A program made the translations under genes and the position numbers. Under the pieces are notes generated by a model that was not told where the DNA came from, made no database searches, and was given only the letters and a program-made list of their open reading frames with translations. From positions 544,001-608,000 of the forward strand of contig CAXNJO010000001.1 in assembly GCA_964202905.1 (NCBI GenBank): a DNA stretch of 64,000 bases, read 5' to 3'. Shown here one piece after another: positions 1 through 10,469 of the stretch; within the stretch, counting starts at the first letter, position 1, and every line of letters starts with the position of its first letter. The DNA comes from Polyangiales bacterium (GTDB lineage: Bacteria > Myxococcota_A > Polyangia > Polyangiales > JADJQN01).

Positions 1-383
1 CTATGCATTTGGGTTCATGCCTCCCCCGGCAGTAGCCGGCGCCCCGGAGTCTCCGGTCCACGATTGGCCGGTCTTTCGTCGGAGCGTTTCCGTCAGGCGA
101 GCGCGCAGCCCTCGCGGGCGGGGATGTGTGCTCGGCGGTGGGCGTGCCCGAGTCCGCGTTCTTTCGGGACGTCGCCGGGGTTCGCCCGTCGCAGGCCCTC
201 GGAGCGTGGCGTTCGGAGAATTCCGGGGCCGGGGCCCCTCGAGCACGGTGGGTGTCCGTCGCCGCGGGCGCTCGGGACGTGCTCAGAATAGTCCGCGCTT
301 CCCCGTGCACCAATGGTTTTGTGCGTGCGCGCCTGCCGCGTGCGGCGTTGCCCCCCACAAATCACATCGGTATCGTCGCGCCG

Positions 384-2837
384 ATGCGCCAACGCCTGCT
401 GCCCTTCGTGTTCGCGGTGTTCGTCTCGGTGGTGGGCTGCGACTGCGGCGGGGGCGGCACGGCGCCGGGCGGCGCGTGTGTGACGCGCACGGACTGCGCG
501 GCCGACGAGGCGTGCGTGGATGGGCGCTGTGCGGCGCGGCCCGATGGCGGCCTCGACGGCGGCGAGGCGGATGGGGGCGTGTCGTGCGACGACGGCCGCG
601 ACGCGTGCGGATCGGCGCAAGTCTGCTGTGGCGCGACGGAGGCGTGCGTCGCGGGCGCATGTCGGCCGGATTGCGGCGGCGCACCGCTCTGCGGCGGTGC
701 GTGTTGCGGAGCGAGCGAAGAGTGCCTCGCGGACCGCTGCGTGCCGCGCTGCGACGACGAGGCTCAGCGCTGCGGCGCCGCGGACGAGCTCTGCTGCGGG
801 AGCGGCGAGGCGTGCCTGCGCGACGCGTGTGTGACGCTCGGCGCGGCGTGCACCGCGACCGAGGAGTGCGCGCTCGACGCGCTCTGCGACCCTGTGCTCG
901 GCCGCTGCGTGCCGCGCAGCGCCGTCGAGGTCTGCGAGTACCGCCCGCCGGTCGGCGCGTTCCGCCCCGCGATCGCGTGCCGCTGGCAGCCCGTCGCGGC
1001 GGATCGCGCCAGCTCCGACGACGTCGTGATGGCGCCCGTCGTCGCGAACCTCACCGACGACAACGGCGACGGCGAGACGGATACGCGCGACGTCCCCGAC
1101 ATCGCCTTCGTCAGCTTCGATCGCCCGACGGACGGCTGCTGCTCGTCGCGCGGCACGCTGCGCATCGTCGACGGGCGCTGCGGCGACGACGGCTCGATGC
1201 GCACGATCGCGTCGATCGCGGCGCCCTTCTTCGACAACTCCACCGGCCTCGCGCTCGGCAACCTGCACCCCGACACGATGCCCGCGGAGCGCGCGCCCGA
1301 GATCGTCGGCACCCTGCAGAACGGCGGCACGATCGCGCTGCGCCGCGTCGCGGCCGACGGCTCCGCCTGGGAGACGCTCTGGCAGAACACCGCGTATCTC
1401 GCGTCCGGCCGCTACAACGGCTCGGGCGCTGCGCCCGCGATCGCGGACCTCGACGGCGATGGCCGCCCCGAGGTCGTCGTGGGCAACGTCGTGCTCGACG
1501 GACTCGACGGCACGCTGCGCTGGGACGGCCGCGTCACCGTTGGGGCTTCGGCGGGCGTCGGCAACAACGCCTTCCTCGGCCCGACCTCGACCATCGCCGA
1601 TCTCGACCTCGACGGCCGCCCCGAGGTGATCGCCGGAAACACCGTCTATGATGGTGTGACTGGCGCGGAGCGCTGGACGTATGCGTACGTCGGCGACGCG
1701 TCGGCGTGCGGCGGAACCGTCCCCTGTGATGGTTACAACGGGGTTGGCAACTTCGACGCCGATCCGCAGGGCGAGGTCGTGATCGTGCGGCGCGGCGAGG
1801 TCTTCGTGCTCGAGCACGACGGCGCGCTCAAGGTGCGCGTCACGATCCCGCGCGTCTCCTGCCCGAACAACGAGGGTGGCCCCCCGACGGTGGCCGACTT
1901 CGACGGTGACGGGCGCGCGGAGATCGGCGTCGCGAGCGCGGATTACTACGTCGTGTTCGATCTCGACTGCGCGGGCTCGCCGCTGCCCGCGGGCTGCGCG
2001 TCGACGAACGTGCGCTGGCAGGTGCGCAACACCGACTGCTCGTCGCGCTCGACGGGCTCGAGCGTCTTCGACTTCGACGGCGACGGGCGCGCGGAGGTCG
2101 TGTACGCGGATGAGGGCAATTTCCGCATCTTCGACGGAACGGACGGCACGATCCTCTTCGACGATCCGCTGCACCGCAGCAACACGCGGCTCGAGATGCC
2201 GATCGTCGTGGACGTCGACAACGACGGCAAGAGCGAGGTCCTGGTCGCCGAGGCGCCCGGTGACGACAGCCCCGATGGACTCGTCGTCTGGTCGGACGCC
2301 GGCAACAACTGGGTGCGCACGCGCCGCATCTGGAACCAGCACACGTACCACGTCACGAACGTGAGCGAAGACGGACAGATCCCGCGCATGGAGACGCCCA
2401 ACTGGAGTAGCCCGCGCCTCAACAACTTCCGGCAGAACGTGCAGCCGGGCGGGCTCTTCGACGCGCCGGATCTCTTCGTCGCATCCGTCGAGCTCGACCG
2501 CTGCGACGCGGCCGCTGGGCGCCTCGATCTCGCGGTCACGGTCGGCAACCGCGGCGCGCTCGCGGTCGCGGCGGGCGTGCCCGTCGTGGTCCGCGCGGCG
2601 GCCGCGGGCGGCGCCGCGCAGGTCGTCGGCGTCGTGCGCACGGCGACGTACCTCCTGCCCGGCCGCACGGAGCGGCTGCTCGTCTCGTGGACGCCCGCGG
2701 GCGGGTTCACGTTCCCGACCTTCACGGTCACGGCGACCGTCGACGACGACGGGATGGGCGGCGCGGCTTACAACGAGTGCGACGAGTCGAACAACGCGGG
2801 CGAGAGCGCGACGCTGATGACCTGCACCTTCGGCTGA
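384..2837 (+). CDS. Exported Cys-rich / FG-GAP (VCBS) repeat lipoprotein with C-terminal CARDB-like Ig domain
   Basis: ATG 384 (MRQRLLPFVFAVFVSVVGC) gives a lipoprotein-like signal. It is followed by a Cys-rich N-terminus, repeated DxDGDGxxE motifs (ADLDGDGRPEV, ADFDGDGRAEI, FDFDGDGRAEV), the IWNQHTYHVTNV motif and a C-terminal APDL...ECDESNN. Confidence 0.85.
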   Translation: MRQRLLPFVFAVFVSVVGCDCGGGGTAPGGACVTRTDCAADEACVDGRCAARPDGGLDGGEADGGVSCDDGRDACGSAQVCCGATEACVAGACRPDCGGAPLCGGACCGASEECLADRCVPRCDDEAQRCGAADELCCGSGEACLRDACVTLGAACTATEECALDALCDPVLGRCVPRSAVEVCEYRPPVGAFRPAIACRWQPVAADRASSDDVVMAPVVANLTDDNGDGETDTRDVPDIAFVSFDRPTDGCCSSRGTLRIVDGRCGDDGSMRTIASIAAPFFDNSTGLALGNLHPDTMPAERAPEIVGTLQNGGTIALRRVAADGSAWETLWQNTAYLASGRYNGSGAAPAIADLDGDGRPEVVVGNVVLDGLDGTLRWDGRVTVGASAGVGNNAFLGPTSTIADLDLDGRPEVIAGNTVYDGVTGAERWTYAYVGDASACGGTVPCDGYNGVGNFDADPQGEVVIVRRGEVFVLEHDGALKVRVTIPRVSCPNNEGGPPTVADFDGDGRAEIGVASADYYVVFDLDCAGSPLPAGCASTNVRWQVRNTDCSSRSTGSSVFDFDGDGRAEVVYADEGNFRIFDGTDGTILFDDPLHRSNTRLEMPIVVDVDNDGKSEVLVAEAPGDDSPDGLVVWSDAGNNWVRTRRIWNQHTYHVTNVSEDGQIPRMETPNWSSPRLNNFRQNVQPGGLFDAPDLFVASVELDRCDAAAGRLDLAVTVGNRGALAVAAGVPVVVRAAAAGGAAQVVGVVRTATYLLPGRTERLLVSWTPAGGFTFPTFTVTATVDDDGMGGAAYNECDESNNAGESATLMTCTFG

Positions 2838-2855
2838 GGGCGACGGGCGCGCGCT

Positions 2856-3971
2856 TCAGGGCCTGAAGGTGGGCGCGCCGAGTGCGTTCGCCGCCGGCGC
2901 CGTGGTCGGGGACGCCGTAGCCGCGGGTGCAGGGTCTGCGGGCGCGGCAGCGGGGGCGTCGGCGCCGAGCAGCTCGCGCAGCCGCGCGCGGCGCTCGGCC
3001 TCGGGGAGGTTCAGGGAGCGCGCGGCGTCGAGCGTGAGCATCGGCAACGTGCCGCTGTTCACGACGGGCAGGTGCCCGTCCCAACGCTGCTGCATGCGGT
3101 ACTGCAGCACCTCGGGCGACATGCTCAGCCGTACGATCTCGTTCGCCTGCGCCTCGCCGCGGGCGCGGATGAGCAGCGAGTCGGCCTCGCCCTCCGCGCG
3201 CTGCCGTGCGGCCTCGGCCTCGCCGCGCGCCGCGGTGATCGCCTGATCCGCCTCCGCGCGCGTCTGCCGCACGCGGTTCTCCGCCTGGATCGCGCTCTGC
3301 GTGGCCTCGATCGCGCGGTTGATCGCGGCGACGACGTTCTCCGGCAGGCGCAGCGCGCTCGCGAAGCTCAGCTGGTCGATGATGAAGCCGTCCGGCGAGA
3401 GCCGCGCGGTGATGAGCTGCAGCGCGTCGTGGACGACCTTCGTCTTGCCGGGCCCGTAGATCTCCTGGACCGGGAGCGCGGAGGCGACCTCGCTGAGCGC
3501 CTCGCGCACGACGTTGCGCACGTAGCCGTGCGCGAGGACGGACACGTCGCGCTCGCGGAAGCGCGCGTAGAGTTTCGGGGCCCTCTCGCCCTCGATGTGG
3601 AAGGCGAGCCCGACGTCCGCGTTGATCGTGACGCCCTCCGCCGACGCGAAGGTGATCGACTCGTCGACGGGGCTCCCCTCGTTCACGTCGCGGGTCCAGA
3701 CGATGTTCCGCACGTTCGTCGGGAACTCGATGACCTGCTCGGTGAGCGGGTTGTAGACGATCCAGCCCGTGACGATCGGCGCGTTCTGCACGCCGCGCTC
3801 CGAGCCCGCGAGGCGGATGCGGATGCCGACGTGGCCGGGCTCGACGCGCGTGCAGCTCGCCGAGCCGAGGACGACGAGCGCGAGCAGCGCGACGGCAGCG
3901 ACGACGACACCGATGGTCGTGCGCCGCGAGGGGAGGTGCTGGGTGCGGTAGGTGCTCACCCGCACGAGCAT
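2856..3971 (-). CDS. SPFH/prohibitin (band 7) domain membrane protein
   Basis: TM segment, then RVEPGHVGI, ITFASAEGVTINADV and an AEA-rich coiled coil. Start is ATG 3971 or GTG 3959. Confidence 0.85.
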   Translation of the reverse strand: MLVRVSTYRTQHLPSRRTTIGVVVAAVALLALVVLGSASCTRVEPGHVGIRIRLAGSERGVQNAPIVTGWIVYNPLTEQVIEFPTNVRNIVWTRDVNEGSPVDESITFASAEGVTINADVGLAFHIEGERAPKLYARFRERDVSVLAHGYVRNVVREALSEVASALPVQEIYGPGKTKVVHDALQLITARLSPDGFIIDQLSFASALRLPENVVAAINRAIEATQSAIQAENRVRQTRAEADQAITAARGEAEAARQRAEGEADSLLIRARGEAQANEIVRLSMSPEVLQYRMQQRWDGHLPVVNSGTLPMLTLDAARSLNLPEAERRARLRELLGADAPAAAPADPAPAATASPTTAPAANALGAPTFRP

Positions 3972-4000
3972 GGCCCGCGGCGCACCGCGCCGCATGGCGC

Positions 4001-5104
4001 CTACACGTTGAAGCGGAAGTGGATCACGTCGCCGTCGCGGACGACGTACTCCTTGCCTTCGCTGCCGAGCTTGCCCGCGGCGCGCACGGCGGCCTCGCTC
4101 TTCATCGCCACGAGGTCCTCCCACCACATCACCTCGGCACGGATGAAGCCGCGCTCGAAGTCGGTGTGGATGACGCCCGCGGCGCCGGGCGCGCGCGTGC
4201 CGCGGCGGATCGTCCACGCGCGGACCTCCTGCTTGCCCGCGGTGAAGTAGGTGATGAGGTCGAGCATCTTGTAGCCCGTGCGGATCACGGCGTTGAGGCC
4301 CGGCTCCTCGAGGCCGCTCGCGTCGAGGAAGTCCTTCCGGTCCCCGGCGGGCAGCTGCATGATCTCCGCCTCGATCGCCGCGCAGATGACCACGCAGTCG
4401 GTGCGCTCGCGCTCGGCGAGGGCGCGCACCTTCGCGACGAACGGGTCGGTGTCCGCGCCCGCGAGCTGGTGCTCCTTGACGTTGCAGACGTAGAACATCG
4501 GCTTCGTCGTGAGCAGCATCATCTCGCGCACGATCTTCTGCTCTTCGGGCGACTCGAGCGGCACGTGGATGGCGCGCTGCCCGCCCTCGAGCGCGGCCTG
4601 GAGGCGCGCGCACACGGCCTCCGCGGCCTGCTCGATCGGGCTGTTCGCCTTCGCCATCTTGCGCGCGCGCTCGGCGCGCTTGAGGACGCTGTCGAGGTCG
4701 CGGAGGATCAGCTCGAGGTTGATGATCTCGATGTCGTCGAGCGGGTCGATGCGGTTCTCGACGTGGACGATGTTCTCGTCCTCGAAGCAGCGCACGACGT
4801 GGGCGATCGCGTCGCAGTCGCGGATGTTCGAGAGGAAGGCGTTGCCGCGTCCCTCGCCCTTGCTCGCGCCCTTCACGAGGCCCGCGATGTCGACGAAGTC
4901 GACCGTGGCGGGCTGCGACTTCACGGGCTGCACGAGCGCGACGAGCGCGTCGAAGCGCTTGTCCGGCACCGGGACGACGCCGATGTTCGGGTCGATCGTG
5001 CAGAACGCGTAGTTCGCCGCCTCGGCCTGCTTGGACGAGAGCGCGTTGAAGAGCGTGGATTTGCCGACGTTGGGCAGCCCGACGATGCCGACCGAAAGAC
5101 TCAT
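4001..5104 (-). CDS. ychF: Redox-regulated ATPase YchF (Obg family)
   Basis: GIVGLPNVGKSTLFNAL, FCTIDPN, DIAGLVKGASKGEG and C-terminal EGKEYVVRDGDVIHFRFNV. Confidence 0.97.
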   Translation of the reverse strand: MSLSVGIVGLPNVGKSTLFNALSSKQAEAANYAFCTIDPNIGVVPVPDKRFDALVALVQPVKSQPATVDFVDIAGLVKGASKGEGRGNAFLSNIRDCDAIAHVVRCFEDENIVHVENRIDPLDDIEIINLELILRDLDSVLKRAERARKMAKANSPIEQAAEAVCARLQAALEGGQRAIHVPLESPEEQKIVREMMLLTTKPMFYVCNVKEHQLAGADTDPFVAKVRALAERERTDCVVICAAIEAEIMQLPAGDRKDFLDASGLEEPGLNAVIRTGYKMLDLITYFTAGKQEVRAWTIRRGTRAPGAAGVIHTDFERGFIRAEVMWWEDLVAMKSEAAVRAAGKLGSEGKEYVVRDGDVIHFRFNV

Positions 5105-5172
5105 GGCAGCGCGCGTGTAGCAGGCGTCCCCACGGCTCGCCAAGCCGCGCCCCCGGCCCCGGGCTTGCCGCC

Positions 5173-5205
5173 TTGCCACCGCCGCGTCACAGAGCGTTCA
5201 CCTTC
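5173..5205 (+). promoter_or_regulatory. Putative Pho box (three direct repeats at 11-bp period)
   Basis: TTGCCAC-cgcc-GCGTCAC-agag-CGTTCAC-cttc lies 30 nt upstream of the phoB start and resembles the CTGTCAY/GTTCAC half-sites of PhoB/PhoP boxes. Confidence 0.55.
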
Positions 5206-5234
5206 GCCCTGAACACTCGGTGTCGGAGAACCCC

Positions 5235-5945
5235 ATGAGCGAGCGAATCCTAGCGGTCGACGACGAGGCGGATCTGCTCGAACTGGTCGAGTACAACCTG
5301 CGCGAGGCGGGCTACGCGGTGACGACCGCGAAGGACGGCGCGGGCGCGCTCGCCGAGGTGCGGCGGCAGCGCCCCGACCTCATCCTGCTCGACCTGATGC
5401 TCCCCGATCTGTCGGGCACGGAGGTGTGCAAGCGCCTCCGCCGCGACCCGGAGACCGAGGGCATCCCGATCGTGATGCTCACCGCGCGCGGGCAGGAGAT
5501 CGACCGCGTCGTCGGCTTCGAGCTCGGCGCGGACGACTACATCGTGAAGCCGTTCTCGCCGCGCGAGCTGGTGCTGCGCATCGGCGCCGTGCTGCGGCGC
5601 GCGCAGACGCCGCAGGTGCTGGACCCGTCGCAGCGCATCGTGCTCGGCAAGCTCTCGATCGACGTCGCGCGGCACCGCGTCGCGGTCGACGACGAGGACA
5701 TCCCGCTCACGGCGCTCGAGTTCAAGCTGCTGCTCGACCTCGCGTCGCGTCGCGGCCGCGTGCAGTCGCGGGATTCGCTGCTCGATCGCGTGTGGGGCTA
5801 TGCGCCCGGCATCGAGACACGCACCGTGGACACGCACGTCAAGCGCCTCCGCGAGAAGCTCGGCGCGGCGAGCGACTACATCGAGACCGTGCGCGGCATC
5901 GGCTACCGGATGCGCGAGGACCTCGGTTCTCCGGCGACAGCCTGA
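5235..5945 (+). CDS. phoB: OmpR/PhoB-family response regulator
   Basis: Receiver domain (AVDDE, LLDLMLP, GADDYIVKPFSPREL) and winged helix (TRTVDTHVKRLREKL); first gene of the pst/phoU cluster. Confidence 0.9.
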   Translation: MSERILAVDDEADLLELVEYNLREAGYAVTTAKDGAGALAEVRRQRPDLILLDLMLPDLSGTEVCKRLRRDPETEGIPIVMLTARGQEIDRVVGFELGADDYIVKPFSPRELVLRIGAVLRRAQTPQVLDPSQRIVLGKLSIDVARHRVAVDDEDIPLTALEFKLLLDLASRRGRVQSRDSLLDRVWGYAPGIETRTVDTHVKRLREKLGAASDYIETVRGIGYRMREDLGSPATA

Positions 5946-6008
5946 GCCATCACGGAAGATGGTCGTCTTTCCCTGCACGTCCACGCCTCCAAGGGATGAG
6001 GCGCGCGC

Positions 6009-7751
6009 GTGTTGAGGAGTCTCCGCGCGCGGATCGTCGGCGCCATCCTGCTCGTGACGGCCGCGGGGGTCGTGCAGTCGTTGCTCGTCGCCGATCCGCT
6101 CATCGAAGGGCAGGAGACGCGCCGCATGGAGCGCGAGCTCGCGGCCATCGCGCGGACGACCGTCGCGCGCCTCGCGCGGGGCACGGCGCCGAGGGAGGTC
6201 GCCGACGAGGTGGGCTCGCTCGCCAGCGCACGCGTCGCGATCTTCGGCGCGGAGGGTGAGCTGCTCGGGGACAGCGCCGACCCGGGGCACCGCACGGCGG
6301 AGGCGGAAGGGCGGGCGCTCGAGGTCGTCGCGGCCCGCACCGAGGGCAGCGGGACGGCGGTGCGCGTGGGGCGCGGCAGCCGCGCCGAGCGGCTCTTCGT
6401 CGCGGTGCGCGCGGAGGGGGGCGTCGTCGTGCGCGTCGACCGCTCGCTCGCCCCGATCGCGGAGCTGCGGCACCACCTGCGCTTCGTGGTCGTGGGCGTC
6501 GGTCTCGCGGCGCTGCTGCTCGCGTGGCTGCTCTCGGAGCTGCTCACGCGCTCGCTCACGCGGCCCCTCGCGGAGCTCGCGCGCGCCGCGGATGCGCTCG
6601 CCGCGGGCGAGGTGAGCGTGCGCGTGCGCAGTCCGCGCAAGGACGAGCTCGGCCTGCTCGCGCGTTCGCTCGATCGGATGGCGGATGCCGTCGACGCGCG
6701 CATCGCGCGCATGAGCGCCGAAGAAGCGCAGCTCCGCACGATCCTCGACGCGATGGAAGAGGGCGTGTTCGTCACCGATCGCGAGGGCCGCATCCGCCTG
6801 ACGAACGCCGCGCTCCAGCGGCTCGCGGGGCGCGTCGAGGGGCGCACCGCCGTCGAGGCGATCCGCAGCCCGGAGCTGCACGAGGCCGTCGAGGGCGCGC
6901 TGCGCGGGCGCGCGTCGAGCGTCACGATCGAGACGCGGCTCGGCGTCGATCCGCGCGTGCTCGCCGCGCAGGTCGCGCCGCTGCCGGCGCGCAGCGGTGT
7001 CGTCGCGGTGCTCCACGACGTCACGGAGTTGAAGCTCGCGGACACCGTGCGCCGCGACTTCGTCGCGAACGCCAGCCACGAGCTGCGCACGCCGCTCACC
7101 GCGATCCGCGGCTTCGCGGAGACGCTCGCCGACGGCGCCATCGGTGATCCGGTGCTCGCCAAGCGCTTCCTCGGGCGCATCCTCGAGCACGCCGTGCGCT
7201 TGCAGCGCCTCGTCGACGACCTGCTGGAATTGTCGCGCGCGGAGTCGCCGGACGTCGTCTTCACGCTGGGCCCGGTGGACGTCGGCGCGGCCGTCGCGCG
7301 GGCCCTGCGCGGGCTGGAGCGCAACGCCTCGGACAAGCGCATCACGCTCGGCGCCGAGGGCCTCGGCGCGGCGCCCCGCTTCGTGCAGGCCGACGCGGTC
7401 GCGCTCGACCACGTGCTCGTGAACCTCGTCGACAACGGCGTGAAATACACACCCGACGGCGGGCAGGTGTCGGTGCGCGTCGCCGACGCGGGCGACGACG
7501 GCGTCGCGATCGAGGTCGCGGACACCGGCGGCGGGATCGCGCCGCAGAACCTGCCGCGCATCTTCGAGCGTTTCTACCGCGTCGACTCGGGCCGCGCGCG
7601 CGAGGTCGGCGGCACCGGGCTCGGCCTCGCGATCGTGAAGCACCTCGTGCAGCGCATGGGCGGCGAGGTCTCGGTCGAGAGCAAGCTCGGGCGCGGCACG
7701 ACCTTCCGTGTCCAGCTCCGCCGCGCCGCGCCGCCGGAGGACGCGTCGTGA
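6009..7751 (+). CDS. phoR: Sensor histidine kinase (2 TM, HAMP, PAS, HisKA, HATPase)
   Basis: RRDFVANASHELRTPLT H-box, NLVDNGVKYT, IFERFYRVD and GGTGLGLAIVKH; located between phoB and pstS. Confidence 0.9.
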   Translation: MLRSLRARIVGAILLVTAAGVVQSLLVADPLIEGQETRRMERELAAIARTTVARLARGTAPREVADEVGSLASARVAIFGAEGELLGDSADPGHRTAEAEGRALEVVAARTEGSGTAVRVGRGSRAERLFVAVRAEGGVVVRVDRSLAPIAELRHHLRFVVVGVGLAALLLAWLLSELLTRSLTRPLAELARAADALAAGEVSVRVRSPRKDELGLLARSLDRMADAVDARIARMSAEEAQLRTILDAMEEGVFVTDREGRIRLTNAALQRLAGRVEGRTAVEAIRSPELHEAVEGALRGRASSVTIETRLGVDPRVLAAQVAPLPARSGVVAVLHDVTELKLADTVRRDFVANASHELRTPLTAIRGFAETLADGAIGDPVLAKRFLGRILEHAVRLQRLVDDLLELSRAESPDVVFTLGPVDVGAAVARALRGLERNASDKRITLGAEGLGAAPRFVQADAVALDHVLVNLVDNGVKYTPDGGQVSVRVADAGDDGVAIEVADTGGGIAPQNLPRIFERFYRVDSGRAREVGGTGLGLAIVKHLVQRMGGEVSVESKLGRGTTFRVQLRRAAPPEDAS

Positions 7752-7798
7752 GCCCGCGCGGGGGGGCGCGCAGCGCGGGACCCACGCGCCGCGACGGC

Positions 7799-8689
7799 AT
7801 GGCGAAAAGCCTCGTCATCGCCCTGTTTTTGGGCGTTTTGGTGCACTCCGGGTGCAGCGGGCGCGTGGGCCCGCGGCCGCGCGGCGAGGGGCGCACGGCG
7901 ACCATCGGCGTGCGCGGTTCGGACACGATGCTCGGGCTCGTCGAGCGCTGGGCCGAGCGCTACATGGACGAGAACCCGGGCGTCGCGGTGGAGGTCTCCG
8001 GCGGCGGCAGCGGCACGGGGATCGCCGCGCTCGTGAACGGCACCGTGGACGTCGCGTGCGCGAGCCGACCGCTCGCGGCGAGCGAGCGCACCGCGCTGCG
8101 GGCCCGTCGCGGCGCCGACGCGCGCGAGACGCCCGTCGCGCTCGACGCCGTCGCCGTGTACGTCCACGCGCGCAACTCCGTCCGGACGCTGACGCTCGCG
8201 CAGCTCGCGCGGATCTACCGCGGCGATCACACGCGCTGGTCGGAGCTCGGCGGCGCGGACCTGCCCATCGTGCCGTACGGACGCGAGAACAGCTCGGGGA
8301 CCTACGCGTTCTTCAAGGAGCGTGTGCTCGGCCGCCTCGACTTCGCGCCCGAGACGCAGTCGCTCCCCGGCACCGCCGCGGTGCTGCAGGCCGTCGGCCG
8401 CGATCCGAAGGGGATCGGCTACGGCGGGCTCGGCCACGGCGCGGGGGTCGCGCCGCTCTCGCTGCGGCTGCGCGAGGGCGCCCCCGGCGTGTCGCCCGAC
8501 CCTGCTGCGGCCCTCGGTGCGCCGTATCCGCTCGCGCGCCCCCTCACGATGATCACGACGGACGCGGCGCCGCCCGCGGTCGCGGCCTTCGTCGCGTGGG
8601 TGCGCTCGGCCGAAGGCCAGCGGCTCGTGCGCGCGCAGGGCTTTCAGCCGCTCCCGCCCGCGCCGACGACCGAGGTGCCGCGTCCATGA
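7799..8689 (+). CDS. pstS: Phosphate ABC transporter substrate-binding lipoprotein
   Basis: Lipobox-like VHSGC, GSDTM, GGGSGTGIAAL, GRENSSGTYAFF and YPLARPL. Alternative GTG start at 7748. Confidence 0.92.
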   Translation: MAKSLVIALFLGVLVHSGCSGRVGPRPRGEGRTATIGVRGSDTMLGLVERWAERYMDENPGVAVEVSGGGSGTGIAALVNGTVDVACASRPLAASERTALRARRGADARETPVALDAVAVYVHARNSVRTLTLAQLARIYRGDHTRWSELGGADLPIVPYGRENSSGTYAFFKERVLGRLDFAPETQSLPGTAAVLQAVGRDPKGIGYGGLGHGAGVAPLSLRLREGAPGVSPDPAAALGAPYPLARPLTMITTDAAPPAVAAFVAWVRSAEGQRLVRAQGFQPLPPAPTTEVPRP

Positions 8690-9672
8690 GCGCAGACCGC
8701 GAACCCCAGCGCCGCAGTCACGCGGCGCCGCCGCGCGGCCTCGGCTTCCGCACGCCGCGCTCGCATCGGCTCGTCGAGTTCGTGATCGCGGTCGTCGCCG
8801 TCGGCGCGCTCGCCGCGCTGCTCGCGATCGTCGTGTTCGTCGCGCGCGAGGCGCTGCCGCTGCTGTGGGAGCCGGGCTCCCTCGCCGACCTCGTCGTACC
8901 GCGTCGCTGGGCCGGCTACGACGGGCCCGCGCTCGCGTGGCAGCCGGTCGGCGCCGAGCCGAAGCTCAACGTCGTGCCGCTGCTCGTCGGCACGCTGAAG
9001 GTCACCGTGCTGACCATGCTCGTGAGCGCCCCGCTCGGCGTCGCCTGCGCGATCTACGTCGCGAAGCTCGCGCCGCGCGGCCTGCGCGAGTGGCTCAAGC
9101 CCGCGATCGAGGTGCTCGCCGCGGTGCCGAGCGTGGTGCTCGGCTTCTTCGCGCTCGTCGCCATCGCGGACGTCGTCGAGGCGACGCTCGGCCTGACCTA
9201 TCGGCTGAACGGCCTCGTCGCCGCCCTCGGCCTCTCGCTCGCGGTCGTGCCCGTCGTGTTCACCATCTCGGAAGATGCCCTCTCTTCGGTGCCGCGTTCG
9301 CTCGAGGAGGCGGCGCTCGCGCTCGGGGCGCGGCGCTGGCAGGTCGTGCTGCGCGTGATCGTCCCCGCGGCGCTGCCCGGCCTCGCGTCCGCGGTGTTGC
9401 TCGGCCTCGGGCGCGCGGCGGGCGAGACGATGATCGTGCTCATGGCGTCCGGGAACGCGGCCGTCGTGCGGCTCCTCGATCCGACGTCGAGCGTGCGCAC
9501 GGTGACCGCGACGATCGCGGGGGAGCTCGGCGAGGTCGCGCAGGGCGACCGGCACTGGCGTGTGCTCTTCCTGCTCGGGCTGCTGCTCCTCGCGCTCACG
9601 TGGGGCCTGCAGCGGCTCGGCGCGCTGGTGATTTCCCGCTTGCGTCGGCGCTGGTCGGCGGAGAATGCCTGA
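8686..9672 (+). CDS. pstC: Phosphate ABC transporter permease PstC
   Basis: ATGA overlap with the pstS stop; [18 protein letters not shown] loop ([11 protein letters not shown]) and [16 protein letters not shown]. Confidence 0.9.
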   Translation: MSADREPQRRSHAAPPRGLGFRTPRSHRLVEFVIAVVAVGALAALLAIVVFVAREALPLLWEPGSLADLVVPRRWAGYDGPALAWQPVGAEPKLNVVPLLVGTLKVTVLTMLVSAPLGVACAIYVAKLAPRGLREWLKPAIEVLAAVPSVVLGFFALVAIADVVEATLGLTYRLNGLVAALGLSLAVVPVVFTISEDALSSVPRSLEEAALALGARRWQVVLRVIVPAALPGLASAVLLGLGRAAGETMIVLMASGNAAVVRLLDPTSSVRTVTATIAGELGEVAQGDRHWRVLFLLGLLLLALTWGLQRLGALVISRLRRRWSAENA

Positions 9673-10459
9673 GATGAGCGTGACGACCCGCACGGGCCCC
9701 CCCGAAGCGACGAAGATGTCCGCGCACGAGGTCACCGTGCGCTACGGCGACGCGCGCGCGATCCGTGGCGTGAGCATGGCGATCCGCGACCGCCGCGTGA
9801 CCTCGCTGATCGGTCCCTCGGGCTGCGGGAAGACGACCTTCCTCCGCTCGCTGAACCGCCTCAACGACGGCGTCGACGGCGCGCGTCTCGAGGGGCGCAT
9901 CCTGCTCGACGGGCAGGACATCTACGCCCCCGGCATCGACCCGGTCGCCGTGCGGCGCCGCGTGGGGATGGTGTTCCAGCGCGCGAACCCCTTCCCGCGG
10001 TCGGTGTTCGAGAACGTCGCGTTCGGGCTGCGCATCGCGGGGGAGCGCGACGCGCAGCGCATCGCGCGCCGCGTCGAGGAGTCGCTGCGCGCAGCGGCGC
10101 TCTGGGACGAGGTGAAGGACCGCCTCGACGAGAGCGCGCTCGCGCTCTCGGGTGGTCAGCAGCAGCGGCTCTGCATCGCCCGCGCGGTGGCCGTGAAGCC
10201 CGAGGTCCTGCTGATGGACGAGCCGGCGTCGGCCGTCGATCCGATCGCGACCGCGAAGATCGAGGAGCTCATCCGTGAGCTGCGCAGCGACTACACGATC
10301 GTCATCGTCACGCACAACATGCACCAAGCCGCGCGCGTCAGCGATTACACGGCGTTCTTCAACCTTGGCGAGCTGATCGAGTTCGACGAGACTGAACGAC
10401 TATTCACTCGCCCCTCGGTCCCCCGCACCGAGGACTACATCACCGGCCGCTTCGGCTGA
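9665..10459 (+). CDS. pstB: Phosphate ABC transporter ATPase PstB
   Basis: [28 protein letters not shown] and terminal [10 protein letters not shown]. Confidence 0.96.
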   Translation: MPEMSVTTRTGPPEATKMSAHEVTVRYGDARAIRGVSMAIRDRRVTSLIGPSGCGKTTFLRSLNRLNDGVDGARLEGRILLDGQDIYAPGIDPVAVRRRVGMVFQRANPFPRSVFENVAFGLRIAGERDAQRIARRVEESLRAAALWDEVKDRLDESALALSGGQQQRLCIARAVAVKPEVLLMDEPASAVDPIATAKIEELIRELRSDYTIVIVTHNMHQAARVSDYTAFFNLGELIEFDETERLFTRPSVPRTEDYITGRFG

Positions 10460-10469
10460 CGGAACCGCG

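Noticed and set aside
1..383. Possible ncRNA, riboswitch or divergent gene start in the leading intergenic region
   Set aside because: No recognisable RNA family motif. A minus-strand ATG at 8 runs off the window and cannot be assessed.
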